A stretch of DNA of 64,000 nt. Origin: an uncultured Bacilli bacterium. Its GTDB lineage: Bacteria; Bacillota_I; Bacilli_A; RF39; UBA660. Positions 49,590 through 59,338 of this stretch are shown in pieces. Each line of letters begins with the position of its first letter. Position 1 is the first letter of the stretch. The stretch covers positions 22,031 to 86,030 of the forward strand of contig CAKOOO010000004.1 of assembly GCA_934098665.1 (NCBI GenBank), given 5' to 3'. The notes beneath the pieces were generated by a model. It made no database searches. It saw only the letters and a program-made list of their open reading frames with translations, and was not told where the DNA came from. A program made the position numbers and the translations under genes.

Positions 49590-49928
49590 ATGTATCGTAA
49601 ATTAGGTAGAAATAATAAAATTAGAAGAAGCATTTTAGCTGGACTAACTAAAGATGTTATAATGCATGAAAGTATTGTTACAACTGAATCAAGAGCGAAG
49701 GAAGTAAGAAAATTTGTTGATAAAATGATTACTTATGGAAAAGATGGTTCACTTGTTGCAAGAAGAAAGGCTTTAGCATTTTTACATAATGATAATGAAG
49801 TTGTTCAAAAAGTATTTAATGATTTAGCAAAAAAATATGAAAACCGTAATGGTGGATATACAAGAATTATTAAACTTAAAGAACGTCGTGGCGATGATGC
49901 TTTAGAGGTTAAATTAGAATTAGTATAG
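49590..49928 (+). CDS. rplQ: 50S ribosomal protein L17
   Basis: MYRKLGRN...R......L......E.I.TT..RAKEVRKFVDKMIT. Confidence 0.98.
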   Translation: MYRKLGRNNKIRRSILAGLTKDVIMHESIVTTESRAKEVRKFVDKMITYGKDGSLVARRKALAFLHNDNEVVQKVFNDLAKKYENRNGGYTRIIKLKERRGDDALEVKLELV

Positions 49929-49947
49929 TTTTATCTATACTTTTTTT
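49922..49947 (+). terminator. Rho-independent terminator after rplQ
   Basis: Stem AGTATAG (49922-49928) pairs with CTATACT (49935-49941), followed by a T-run to 49947. Confidence 0.6.
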
Positions 49948-50044
49948 GTTAATTAAAATTTTTATTGTTAAACTTGTATTTTATTATTCAATAATTTATA
50001 AGAATATGTTAAAATATATAGTAGCAGTTAGGAAGTGTGAAGGT

Positions 50045-50830
50045 ATGGCAAGAATAATATCATTAGTAAATCAAAAAGGCGGTGTAGGCAAAACTACCAC
50101 AAGTATAAATTTAGCGGCAGCTTTAGGTCAATGCGGTAAGAAAACGCTTCTTATTGACATGGATCCACAAAGTAATGCTACAACTGGTCTTGGTTTTAAT
50201 ACAACCGATTTTGAACATGATATTTATGAAACAATAACTGGTTTGTGTGAAATAAAAAAATCAATCTATAAAACAAAATTTAAAAATTTAAGTATTATTC
50301 CATCAACTTTAAATTTAGCAGGAATAGATGTTGAATTTGTAAAAAAAATGTTTGCTGACAATACATTTCAAAGAAATAATCAACTTCGAAATGCACTTGA
50401 ACAAATAAAAGTCAACTTTGATTATATAATAATTGACTGTCAGCCATCTTTAGGATTATCCACTATGAATGCTTTAGTAGCAAGTGATGCAGTAATTATT
50501 CCTGTACAATGCGAATTTTATGCTTTAGAGGGTATTACACAATTGTTAAATTCAATTATAATGGTACAAAATTCAATGAACCCAGAACTTCGCATAGAAG
50601 GTGTACTTCTTACGATGCTTGATGGAAGAACAAATATTGGCCTTGAAGTTATTGAAGAAATTAGAAAATATTTTAAAGACAAAGTATTTAATACAATTAT
50701 ACCAAGACTTGTAAGACTTGTTGAAGCTCCCAGTCATGGTAAACCAATAAATGAATATGATCCAGAAAGTAGAGGCGCTGAAGCATATCATAATTTAGCG
50801 AAAGAGGTGATTGAAAGAGATGGAAACTAA
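50045..50830 (+). CDS. soj: Chromosome partitioning ATPase ParA/Soj
   Basis: MARIISLVNQKGGVGKTTT (deviant Walker A), IDMDPQSNAT, and IIDCQPSLG. Start ATG 50045; the upstream part of the tracked ORF is an AT-rich promoter region. Confidence 0.93.
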   Translation: MARIISLVNQKGGVGKTTTSINLAAALGQCGKKTLLIDMDPQSNATTGLGFNTTDFEHDIYETITGLCEIKKSIYKTKFKNLSIIPSTLNLAGIDVEFVKKMFADNTFQRNNQLRNALEQIKVNFDYIIIDCQPSLGLSTMNALVASDAVIIPVQCEFYALEGITQLLNSIIMVQNSMNPELRIEGVLLTMLDGRTNIGLEVIEEIRKYFKDKVFNTIIPRLVRLVEAPSHGKPINEYDPESRGAEAYHNLAKEVIERDGN

Positions 50831-51686
50831 AAAAAAGGCGTTAGGTAAAGGATTAGAAGAACTTTTTTCAAATGCATCATTTAGTATAGATACTTTAGAA
50901 GACACTATAGTAAAAGAAGAAGGTAATACAGCGATTGAAGTTCCTTTATCACAAATTAGATCAAATCCTTATCAACCAAGAAAATTTTTTGATGAAGAAG
51001 CATTAAATGAACTTGCAGATTCTATTAAAGAGTATGGAGTTGTAGAACCTGTTATTCTTAAAAAAAGTGTAAAAGGATATGAAATTGTTGCGGGGGAAAG
51101 AAGATGTAAGGCATCTAAAATAGCTGGTTTAACTACAGTTCCTGCTATTGTAAAAGATTTTACTGATGAAGAAATGATGGAAATTGCACTTCTTGAAAAT
51201 ATTCAAAGGGAAGATTTAAATCCTGTTGATACAGCAGTATCTATTTCAAATATTTTAGAAGTTCGTAATATGACACAAGAAGAATTTGCAAAAAAATTTG
51301 GAAAAAGTAGAAGCTATATTACAAACCTTTTAGGCTTGCTTAATTTACCTAAAAGTGTGCAAGAACTTGTTAAAAATGGGAAACTTTCAATGTCACATGC
51401 AAGGAGTTTAAGCAAACTTGATGATGAAGAAAAAGTAATATATTTAGCTAATAAAATTATTAAAGAAAATTTAAATGTTCGTGATGTTGAAAAAATGTTA
51501 TCAAAAAAAGAAAATACTCCAAAGATGAAACAAAAAAATGAACAATATAGAATGTATGAAGATGCGATAAGTGATGCTATAGGTAATAAAGTAAAGGTAT
51601 CAGATAAGAAAATTGAAATTTCTTATAATTCTATACCAGATTTAAATCGAATAATGGAGATATTTCATATAGAATTTAAAGATTAA
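50820..51686 (+). CDS. spo0J: Chromosome partitioning protein ParB/Spo0J
   Basis: KKALGKGLEELF, ParB box SNPYQPRK.F and EPVILKK...YEIVAGERRCKASKIAG, and an HTH region. Start ATG 50820 lies 10 nt after GAGGTG (50804-50809). Confidence 0.93.
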   Translation: METKKKALGKGLEELFSNASFSIDTLEDTIVKEEGNTAIEVPLSQIRSNPYQPRKFFDEEALNELADSIKEYGVVEPVILKKSVKGYEIVAGERRCKASKIAGLTTVPAIVKDFTDEEMMEIALLENIQREDLNPVDTAVSISNILEVRNMTQEEFAKKFGKSRSYITNLLGLLNLPKSVQELVKNGKLSMSHARSLSKLDDEEKVIYLANKIIKENLNVRDVEKMLSKKENTPKMKQKNEQYRMYEDAISDAIGNKVKVSDKKIEISYNSIPDLNRIMEIFHIEFKD

Positions 51687-51697
51687 GAAAGGTTTTT

Positions 51698-51895
51698 ATG
51701 AAAATAGAATTTAAACTAAATGATGAAGTTGTTATGAAAAAGCCACATGCTTGTAAAACTAATTTATGGATTATTACAAGAGTTGGAGCAGATGTAAAAA
51801 TTAAATGTAAAAACTGTGGCCGTGAAATAATGATGGATCGTTTAGAATTTTATAAGAAACTAAAAAAGGTGATAAAAAATGAAAAAGAAAGTTAG
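51698..51895 (+). CDS. DUF951 family small protein (YyzM-like)
   Basis: LNDEVVMKKPHACKTNLWIITRVGADVKIKCKNCGREIMMDRLEFYKKLKKVI parallels B. subtilis YyzM. Confidence 0.8.
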   Translation: MKIEFKLNDEVVMKKPHACKTNLWIITRVGADVKIKCKNCGREIMMDRLEFYKKLKKVIKNEKES

Positions 51896-53417
51896 GAATA
51901 AAGTTAAATTACATCCAGTAATGAGTTTGCTTTTTATAATGTTTTTCGTAATTATAATAAGTGGAATTTTGTCATTATTTAATTTTTCTTTTTCATATAG
52001 TGTTATTAATCCCACTAGGGGTGAATATGTAAGTACGACGCAGTCCATTGTAAATATGTTTTCCTTACATGGAATAAAATATATTTTTGCAAATACAGTT
52101 GCAAATTTTGCTAATTTTAAAGTTCTTTCAAATTTAATTATTATACTTATAGGTATTGGTATTATGGAAAAAAGTGGCTTTTTAAAAACAGCATTCGGTT
52201 TACTTACAAGAAAAGCAAAGAAAAAAACAGTAACATTTGTTATCACAATGTTATGTTTATTATCAAGCATAATGGGTGATATACCATTTCTTGCGTTTAT
52301 ACCTATTTCTTCATTAATTTTTAAGTATGGAAAAAGAAATCCTAATTTAGGTGTAATTACATCTTTTGCGGCATTAACGTGTGGCTATGGGATATCTGTA
52401 TTTTTCACAAGTATCGATTCTTCACTTGCAAGTTTAACATCATTAAGTGCAAAAATGCTTGATACTAATTTTTCATTTCATACCTTTTCTTTAGTTTTGT
52501 TTATGGTTGTTACAATATTAATTATGGCAGTTGTTATAACTCACATTACCGAAAATATTTTGATAAAAAAATTACCTAAATATGAATTTAATGAAGAAGA
52601 GGAAATGATTTTTGAACCTACTAAATTAGAGTTAAAAGCATTAATTTTAGCTATTTTTGCAAGTATTATATATTTAATTATAATTATATATAATATTATT
52701 CCAGGTTTACCATTATCAGGTAATTTCTTAAATTATAGAGAATCTCTTTATATTGATAGGTTATTTGGTACAAATTCATTTTTTTCAAATGGTTTTGTAT
52801 TTATAATTACAATTTTATTTATAATATGGGGACTAACTTATGGTATAGTATCAAAAAGTATTAAAAATACTCGTGATTTTATTGATGGACTAGGATATAG
52901 TTTAAATGGTATTGGTAAAACATTAGTATATATATTTGCAGGTTCTTTATTAATAAGTGTATTTAAGTATTCAAACATAGGTGGAGTTATTGTTGCAGGT
53001 CTTACTAATTTGATTATTGATTTAAAATTTACTGGTCTTGCTTTAGTTATATTGCTATTTGTTTGTACATTTATAAGTACGCTTGTTATGCCAAACTCTG
53101 TTAACAAATGGACTATAATGTCTACGTCAATTGTGCCAACATTTTTAAATGCTGGAATGAGTGCACAATTTTCTCAAGTTATATTTCGTTTAGCGGAAAG
53201 TGCGGCTTTAGGGCTTACCCCATTATATGCTTATTATATAGTTTATTTAGCATATTTAGAAAGAGGAAGTCAAAATAAAAATGAAATAGGAATTAAAGAT
53301 GCATTATCATATATGCTTCCATATTCTTTGTCGGCTTCATTTGTTTATTTATCATTATTAATAATTTGGTACATAATTGGTTTACCACTTGGTGTAAATG
53401 GTTATGTATTTGTATAG
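51879..53417 (+). CDS. AbgT-family (p-aminobenzoyl-glutamate/antimetabolite) transporter
   Basis: 512-aa polytopic membrane protein. The N-terminal ..KLHPVMSLLFIMFFVIIISGILS resembles AbgT family ..LPHPF.LF..L....., and the length fits. Family call from overall pattern only. Confidence 0.55.
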   Translation: MKKKVRNKVKLHPVMSLLFIMFFVIIISGILSLFNFSFSYSVINPTRGEYVSTTQSIVNMFSLHGIKYIFANTVANFANFKVLSNLIIILIGIGIMEKSGFLKTAFGLLTRKAKKKTVTFVITMLCLLSSIMGDIPFLAFIPISSLIFKYGKRNPNLGVITSFAALTCGYGISVFFTSIDSSLASLTSLSAKMLDTNFSFHTFSLVLFMVVTILIMAVVITHITENILIKKLPKYEFNEEEEMIFEPTKLELKALILAIFASIIYLIIIIYNIIPGLPLSGNFLNYRESLYIDRLFGTNSFFSNGFVFIITILFIIWGLTYGIVSKSIKNTRDFIDGLGYSLNGIGKTLVYIFAGSLLISVFKYSNIGGVIVAGLTNLIIDLKFTGLALVILLFVCTFISTLVMPNSVNKWTIMSTSIVPTFLNAGMSAQFSQVIFRLAESAALGLTPLYAYYIVYLAYLERGSQNKNEIGIKDALSYMLPYSLSASFVYLSLLIIWYIIGLPLGVNGYVFV

Positions 53418-53429
53418 GGGGAATGTTAG

Positions 53430-54530
53430 ATGTCATTAAAAGCAGGTATAGTTGGTCTACCTAACGTTGGTAAATCAACTTTATTTAATGCTATTACTAA
53501 AAAAAATATTATTGCGGCAAATTATCCATTTGCAACAATAGAACCCAATGTAGGTGTAGTAATAGTTCCAGATAAAAGAATGGATTATTTAGTAAATATG
53601 TATGAACCTAAAAGTGTTGTGCCTACAAGTTATGAATTTATTGATATAGCGGGCTTAGTAAAAGGCGCATCTACAGGTGAAGGATTAGGTAATAAATTTT
53701 TATCTCATATTAGAGAGGTTGATGCAATTGTTCATGTTGTAAGGTGTTTTGATAATCCAGAAATAATTCATGTTTCAGGTAAAACAGATCCAATATCAGA
53801 CATTGAAATAATAAATACTGAATTAATTTTATCTGATTTAGAAATTATTCAAAATAGACTTGATAAAATTCAAAAAAAAGCCCAATCTACTAAAGATAAG
53901 GATGCCATTTTTGAGGTTAATTTACTACTTAAATTAAAAGCAGCACTTGAACAAAATATTGCAATAAGAAATATAACTCTTAGTGAAGATGAGAGTAGTT
54001 TAATTAATAGTTTTAATCTTATTACCTCCAAAAAAGTTATATATGCTGCAAATGTTAGCGAAAATGATTTATTATCACAAGATAATAAATATGTTAAACA
54101 AGTACAAGAATATGCGAGTAAAGAAGGGTCAAAAGTTACCATAATGTGTGCAAAAATGGAAGAAGAACTATCTTCTTTTAATGAAGAAGAAAAAAAAGAA
54201 TATTTAAGCGAACTTGGAATAAACAATAGTGGACTAGATAAGCTCATATATGCTACCTATGATTTGCTAGGTCTTGCAACTTTCTTTACGTGTGGAAAAG
54301 ATGAAGTTAGGGCTTGGACTTTTAAAATGGGAATGCTTGCTCCAAAATGTGCTGGAATTATTCACTCTGATTTTGAAAGAGGCTTTATCAAAGCAGAAGT
54401 TATGAGTTTTGATGATTTAGAGACTTTCGGTTCTGAACTAAAAGTTAAGGAAGCTGGTCGTCTTCGCCTCGAGGGAAAAGATTATGTTATGCAAGATGGC
54501 GACATATGTTATTTTAGGTTTAATGTATAA
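53430..54530 (+). CDS. ychF: Ribosome-binding ATPase YchF
   Basis: GIVGLPNVGKSTLFNA, NYPFATIEPN, DIAGLVKGAS.GEGLGN.FL, and the C-terminal TGS-like domain ..RLEGKDY.MQDGD...FRFNV. Confidence 0.97.
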   Translation: MSLKAGIVGLPNVGKSTLFNAITKKNIIAANYPFATIEPNVGVVIVPDKRMDYLVNMYEPKSVVPTSYEFIDIAGLVKGASTGEGLGNKFLSHIREVDAIVHVVRCFDNPEIIHVSGKTDPISDIEIINTELILSDLEIIQNRLDKIQKKAQSTKDKDAIFEVNLLLKLKAALEQNIAIRNITLSEDESSLINSFNLITSKKVIYAANVSENDLLSQDNKYVKQVQEYASKEGSKVTIMCAKMEEELSSFNEEEKKEYLSELGINNSGLDKLIYATYDLLGLATFFTCGKDEVRAWTFKMGMLAPKCAGIIHSDFERGFIKAEVMSFDDLETFGSELKVKEAGRLRLEGKDYVMQDGDICYFRFNV

Positions 54531-55651
54531 TGAATTATGTCAATTTATATGAGTGTGAAACTTATGAAAATTCTAATGATATAATCATAAAATTGATTAA
54601 TGATTTTCCTATATTAAAAAATATTAAAAATGGTCAAAAAGTAGTAATTAAAGCAAATTTGGTTTCAGCTTTGGCTCCAGAAAAGGGTGCAACAACAAAC
54701 TATTTATTAATTAAATATTTAACAAGGTACTTAACTAATAAGGGTGCAAGTGTTTTAATCGGAGATAGTCCTGGGGGACTTTATAATGCAGCTCATTTAA
54801 ATAATGTTTATAAAATTACAAAAATGAATTTAACTGGAGCAAAACTTAATGATAACTTTAATGTTAAAAATGCAATTAACGAAAATGCAAAAGTTTTAAA
54901 AACATTTGATTACACTGAATATTTGGATGATGCTGATATTAAAATAAATTTTTGTAAATTAAAAAGTCATGCTATGATGGGAATGAGTGCTTGTACAAAA
55001 AATTTATTTGGTACAATTCCTGGATTAACTAAAAGTGAATATCATTACCGTTTTCCAAATCATACAGATTTTGCAAATATGTTAATAGATTTAAATGAAT
55101 ATTTTAAATTTGATATAAATATAGTCGATGCGATAATTGGCATGGATGGTAATGGCCCGACAATGGGAAATCCTAAAAAAATTGGGCTAATACTTGCAAG
55201 TACTAATCCTTATGCACTTGATTATATATGTTCTAAGATAATTAACCTTGATCCAAAATGCGTTGAAACAGTAAAAGAGAGTTTAAAAAGAAATTTATTT
55301 AATATTGATAATATAATTTTAAATAATGATTATCAAAAATATATTGTAAAAGATTTTAATAATATAAAATCAAACATTGATATTAGGTTTTTTGATAATT
55401 CATTGAAAGGTTATTTCTTAAAGAAAATTTTAGATAATAAACCATATTGCAAAAATGCTAAGTGTATTCATTGTAAAAAATGTATAGATATTTGTCCACA
55501 AAAGGCAATAAAAATTATAAATAACAAAATTATAATTGATAGAAAAAAATGTATAAAATGTTATTGCTGTCAAGAATTTTGTGTTGTTGGTGCTATGCAA
55601 GTCAAAAAATCTATAATTAGTAAATTATTAACAAAAAAGAAAGGTATGTAA
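54530..55651 (+). CDS. DUF362 domain protein fused to a 2x[4Fe-4S] ferredoxin domain
   Basis: DUF362-like blocks VVIKANLV, IGDSPGG, LKSHAMMGMSACTKNLFGTIPG, and VDAIIGMDGNGPTMGNP. C-terminal CIHCKKCIDICP and CIKCYCCQEFC. Its ATG overlaps the ychF stop. Confidence 0.75.
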   Translation: MNYVNLYECETYENSNDIIIKLINDFPILKNIKNGQKVVIKANLVSALAPEKGATTNYLLIKYLTRYLTNKGASVLIGDSPGGLYNAAHLNNVYKITKMNLTGAKLNDNFNVKNAINENAKVLKTFDYTEYLDDADIKINFCKLKSHAMMGMSACTKNLFGTIPGLTKSEYHYRFPNHTDFANMLIDLNEYFKFDINIVDAIIGMDGNGPTMGNPKKIGLILASTNPYALDYICSKIINLDPKCVETVKESLKRNLFNIDNIILNNDYQKYIVKDFNNIKSNIDIRFFDNSLKGYFLKKILDNKPYCKNAKCIHCKKCIDICPQKAIKIINNKIIIDRKKCIKCYCCQEFCVVGAMQVKKSIISKLLTKKKGM

Positions 55652-55653
55652 AT

Positions 55654-56607
55654 ATGAAAAAAATTGTTATTTTTGGTGGTGGAAGTGGTCTATCACAAAT
55701 TTTAAAAGGGTTAAAATTATTTCCTGTAGATATAACTGCGGTTGTATCTGTTTCTGATAATGGTAAAAGTACTGGAAGACTCCGTAAAGAGATGAATATA
55801 CCTGCAGTAGGAGATATTACTAAAGTAATGCTTGCAATGGCTAATGTTGATAAAGATTTAGAAAGTTTGTTAAACTATCGTTTTACTAAATCGAAAACAC
55901 TTGGAAACCATTCAATTAAAAATTTACTTTTAACAGCATTACTTGATATTAAAGGTAATTTTGCTACAAGTTTACCAATACTTGAAAAATTACTTGATAT
56001 TACTAATGGAAAAATTCTCCCCTTAACTGAAGATTCTGTTAATCTTGTAGGAATAACTGAAAAAGGCACTAAAGTATTTGGTGAGGAACAAATTACTAAA
56101 TGTAAAAATAGGATAGCAATGATTGAATATGATAAAGAAATTGTTGTAAATCCTGATGTTTATAATGCAGTTAAAGCGGCAGATTTAATAGTTTTTTCTT
56201 CGGGAAGTTTATATACAAGTATAATTCCACATCTTATCAACAAAGATTTAGTGAAAGCTATTAATAATTCAAAAGCTAAAAAATTATATATATGTAATCT
56301 ATTTACTCAACCCGGAGAAACAGATAATTTTAAAGTATCTGATCATATTAAAATACTTGAAAATTATTTGGGTGAAGGTTCAATTGATATTGTTATCGCA
56401 AATGATAAACCAATGAGTAGTACACTATCTAAAAAGTATGCTACAAGTGAGCAAAAAGACCCAGTTGAACTTGATTATGATACTTTAAAAAACATGGGTA
56501 TTAAAGTAATAAGTGATACTCTTTATGTTATAGAGGGTGGTTATTATAGACACGATGCTTTAAAAACTTCCTATTTAATTTTTTCATATTTAATGGATGG
56601 TAAATAA
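55654..56607 (+). CDS. yvcK: Gluconeogenesis factor YvcK (CofD-like, UPF0052)
   Basis: KIVIFGGGSGLSQILKGLK, VVSVSDNGKSTGRLR, GDI, and SGSLYTSIIP. Precedes whiA as in Firmicutes. Confidence 0.9.
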   Translation: MKKIVIFGGGSGLSQILKGLKLFPVDITAVVSVSDNGKSTGRLRKEMNIPAVGDITKVMLAMANVDKDLESLLNYRFTKSKTLGNHSIKNLLLTALLDIKGNFATSLPILEKLLDITNGKILPLTEDSVNLVGITEKGTKVFGEEQITKCKNRIAMIEYDKEIVVNPDVYNAVKAADLIVFSSGSLYTSIIPHLINKDLVKAINNSKAKKLYICNLFTQPGETDNFKVSDHIKILENYLGEGSIDIVIANDKPMSSTLSKKYATSEQKDPVELDYDTLKNMGIKVISDTLYVIEGGYYRHDALKTSYLIFSYLMDGK

Positions 56608-57539
56608 TGACTTTTACAACAAGTTTAAAAGAAGAAATTTCTAATAATGAGTATCCACTTATCGAAGCAAGATGTGAACTTGAAGCATTTATAAAATGTA
56701 ATGCTAAAATAACTAACAACTATATAATTATTACTACAGAAAATGCAAAAGTTGCTCGAAAAATATATAAAGATATTAAAACTGTATTTAATATTATGTG
56801 TAATTTAACAGTTAGAATACAAAAACGATTTAGAGTAAGACAAATATATATACTTACAATAAATGATAATATAAGATATATTAAAGAGGTTATAAATATT
56901 ACAAATAAAACATTATTTTTAGAAAGTAATGAAGAAAAGATAGCTTTTCTAGAGGGAGCATTTTTAGCAGTAGGAAATATTACTAATCCTTCCACAAGTA
57001 GATATCATTTAGAGTATATTTGTAAGGATGAAAAAATAGCAAACATTATAAATAATTTATTACTTCATTTTAATATTAATTCAAAAATAATTACAAGAGG
57101 ATATAAATTTATTGTTTATATAAAAAATGGAGATAATATATCTGATATTTTAAAAATGTTTAAAGCACCTGATAGTTTATTTTATTTCGAAGATATTAGA
57201 ATATATAGAGATCATAAAAATATGGTTAATAGATTAAATAATTGTGAAATATCAAACCAAATTAGGTCAACACAAACAGGGCTTAAACAATTAAAACAAA
57301 TTAATTACATAATAGAAAATGATTTACTTTCACTTTTAGATGATAATACAAAGATAATATTAGAAATAAGAAAAAAATATCCAGAAAGTTCTTTACAAGA
57401 AATAGCAAATATATCAACAATGGAATATGGGTATCCAATTGGTAAATCTGGTGTTAATCATCATTTTATTAAAATTTCTTCGCTTGTAAAAAAACATAAA
57501 GAAATGAGTGAAACAAATGCGAAAAGTAATAGTATTTAG
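56607..57539 (+). CDS. whiA: Sporulation/cell-division transcription regulator WhiA
   Basis: FTTSLKEEI, LAGLIDADG-like FLEGAFLAVGNITNP, and a C-terminal HTH ..SLQEIANI......KSGVNHHF.KI. Confidence 0.92.
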   Translation: MTFTTSLKEEISNNEYPLIEARCELEAFIKCNAKITNNYIIITTENAKVARKIYKDIKTVFNIMCNLTVRIQKRFRVRQIYILTINDNIRYIKEVINITNKTLFLESNEEKIAFLEGAFLAVGNITNPSTSRYHLEYICKDEKIANIINNLLLHFNINSKIITRGYKFIVYIKNGDNISDILKMFKAPDSLFYFEDIRIYRDHKNMVNRLNNCEISNQIRSTQTGLKQLKQINYIIENDLLSLLDDNTKIILEIRKKYPESSLQEIANISTMEYGYPIGKSGVNHHFIKISSLVKKHKEMSETNAKSNSI

Positions 57540-58233
57540 TTATGATGGCTCAAAATTTAAGGGCCTTCAAAGACAAAAAAATGAAAGAAGTGTGCAAGGG
57601 CAAATTGAAAATGCATTGTATGAAATAACATCAGATAATATTGATATAAAAGCATCTGGTAGGACAGATGCAGGAGTTCATGCAATAAATCAAGTAGCGC
57701 ATTTTGATATAAATAAAGATATTAAAAATTTAAAGAAAAAACTAAATGAATTATTACTTCCTGATATAGTTGTAAAAAAAGTAAAAAATGTTAGTGAAAA
57801 TTTTCATGCGCGTATGTCTGCTAAAAAAAAAGAATATATTTATAAAATAAATTTAGGCCCATTTAAAAGTTCATTAAATGATTATTATTATCAGCCAAGG
57901 CAAAAACTAGATATAAAATTAATGAAGGATGCATCAAAAGTACTTCTTGGGACACATGATTTTACAAACTTTATTTCTGGTGAAAATGATAAAACTGTTA
58001 CAACAATTTATTCAATTGATTTTGTGAAAAAAATGGATGGAAAACTTGAAGTTCATTTTATTGGTACAGGTTTTTATAGATACATGATTAGAAATTTAAT
58101 GGGAGCTTTACTCGAAGTTGGAAAATATAATATTAGTAAAGAAAAAATTCAATGTATGCTTGATACAATTGAAAAAAAAGTTTTACCAACAGCTCCCCCT
58201 CAGGGATTATATTTATATAAAGTTTGGTATTAA
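57508..58233 (+). CDS. truA: tRNA pseudouridine(38-40) synthase TruA
   Basis: SYDGSKFKGLQRQ, GRTDAGVHAINQVAHFD (catalytic Asp), THDFTNF, FYRYMIRNLMG, and PPQGLYL. The start is GTG 57508 or, more likely, ATG 57517. Confidence 0.93.
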   Translation: MKQMRKVIVFSYDGSKFKGLQRQKNERSVQGQIENALYEITSDNIDIKASGRTDAGVHAINQVAHFDINKDIKNLKKKLNELLLPDIVVKKVKNVSENFHARMSAKKKEYIYKINLGPFKSSLNDYYYQPRQKLDIKLMKDASKVLLGTHDFTNFISGENDKTVTTIYSIDFVKKMDGKLEVHFIGTGFYRYMIRNLMGALLEVGKYNISKEKIQCMLDTIEKKVLPTAPPQGLYLYKVWY

Positions 58234-58270
58234 TAAATTAATAAAAACAATTGTTACCTCTAGGTTTTTC

Positions 58271-58299
58271 TTGACATTTTGTATATTTTAACATATAAT
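58271..58299 (+). promoter_or_regulatory. Consensus sigma-A promoter of rplM-rpsI
   Basis: TTGACA at 58271-58276, a 17-nt spacer, then TATAAT at 58294-58299. It is followed by an approximately 85-nt leader containing a bulged hairpin, TGAAACCAT paired with ATGGTTCA. Confidence 0.6.
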
Positions 58300-58385
58300 C
58301 ATAATCGGTACATTTATTTATGAAACCATTTTAATTGTGGGAAGATTAATTATGGTTCATTATAATGAAGGGAAAGAAAAAAATT

Positions 58386-58814
58386 ATGAAATCATTTTTA
58401 CAAACAAAAGAAAATATTGAAAGAAAATGGTATGTAATTGATGCTGAAGGCAAAAACTTAGGAAGAGTTGCTACTAAAGCCGCTCATATTTTAAGAGGAA
58501 AGCATAAAGTTACATATACACCATACGTTGATTGTGGAGATTACGTTATTATTGTTAATGCTAGTAAAGTTAATTTAACAGGTAATAAATTAACTGATAA
58601 AAAATATTATAATCACTCTGGATATCCAGGAGGATTAAGAGAAAGAACAGCAAAAGTTATGATAGAAAATTATCCTGAAGAAATGATGGAAAGAGCCGTT
58701 AAAGGTATGCTTCCTCATAATAGACTTGGTAGAAAAATGGGCAAAAAATTGTTTGTTTATGCAGATGCTGATCATAAACATACTGCTCAAAAACCAATTG
58801 AAATGGAAATATAA
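58386..58814 (+). CDS. rplM: 50S ribosomal protein L13
   Basis: ..[45 protein letters not shown]. Start ATG 58386 by alignment to Bacillus L13. Confidence 0.97.
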   Translation: MKSFLQTKENIERKWYVIDAEGKNLGRVATKAAHILRGKHKVTYTPYVDCGDYVIIVNASKVNLTGNKLTDKKYYNHSGYPGGLRERTAKVMIENYPEEMMERAVKGMLPHNRLGRKMGKKLFVYADADHKHTAQKPIEMEI

Positions 58815-58826
58815 TAGGAGGTAAAC

Positions 58827-59246
58827 ATGGCAAAAAAACAAACTTGGACTGCTACAGGTAGAAGAAAAAGTAGTGTAGCGAAAGTAACTTTAGTTGGTGG
58901 AACTGGTAATATTACAGTTAATGGTGTTGATGTTCATGAATATATGCCTTATGAAACACTTGTTATGGACTTAACTCAACCACTTGTTTTAACTGATAAT
59001 TTAAACAGATTTGATATCGACGTTAAAGTAATTGGTGGTGGATTTTCTGGACAAACTGGTGCTATTCGTTTAGGAATTACTAGAGCACTTCTTAAATTTG
59101 ATGAAAACACTGATCAAACTAGAGAAGATAGTTATAGACATATATTAAAAAATGCTGGATTTATTACAAGAGACCCTCGTGTTAAAGAAAGAAAGAAATA
59201 TGGTCTTAAAAAAGCACGTAGAGCTCCTCAATTTAGTAAACGTTAA
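58827..59246 (+). CDS. rpsI: 30S ribosomal protein S9
   Basis: ..[18 protein letters not shown]...; [19 protein letters not shown]; ends RAPQFSKR. Confidence 0.98.
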   Translation: MAKKQTWTATGRRKSSVAKVTLVGGTGNITVNGVDVHEYMPYETLVMDLTQPLVLTDNLNRFDIDVKVIGGGFSGQTGAIRLGITRALLKFDENTDQTREDSYRHILKNAGFITRDPRVKERKKYGLKKARRAPQFSKR

Positions 59247-59259
59247 AAAATATTTTCTT

Positions 59260-59279
59260 ACCCCTTTTGGGGTTTTTTT
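59260..59279 (+). terminator. Rho-independent terminator after rpsI
   Basis: Stem ACCCC (59260-59264), loop TTTT, stem GGGGT (59269-59273), with a T-run to 59279. Confidence 0.75.
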
Positions 59280-59338
59280 GTGCTTCCATGTAGACAACAA
59301 TAAATTTATTTAGTATTATCTTGTGTAGAGGTGACAAC

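Noticed and set aside
49946-50044. 33-codon N-terminal extension of Soj from TTG 49946.
   Set aside because: The extension is hydrophobic, low-complexity translation of the AT-rich promoter and terminator region. ParA homology, including the N-terminal KGGVGKTT P-loop context, begins at ATG 50045.
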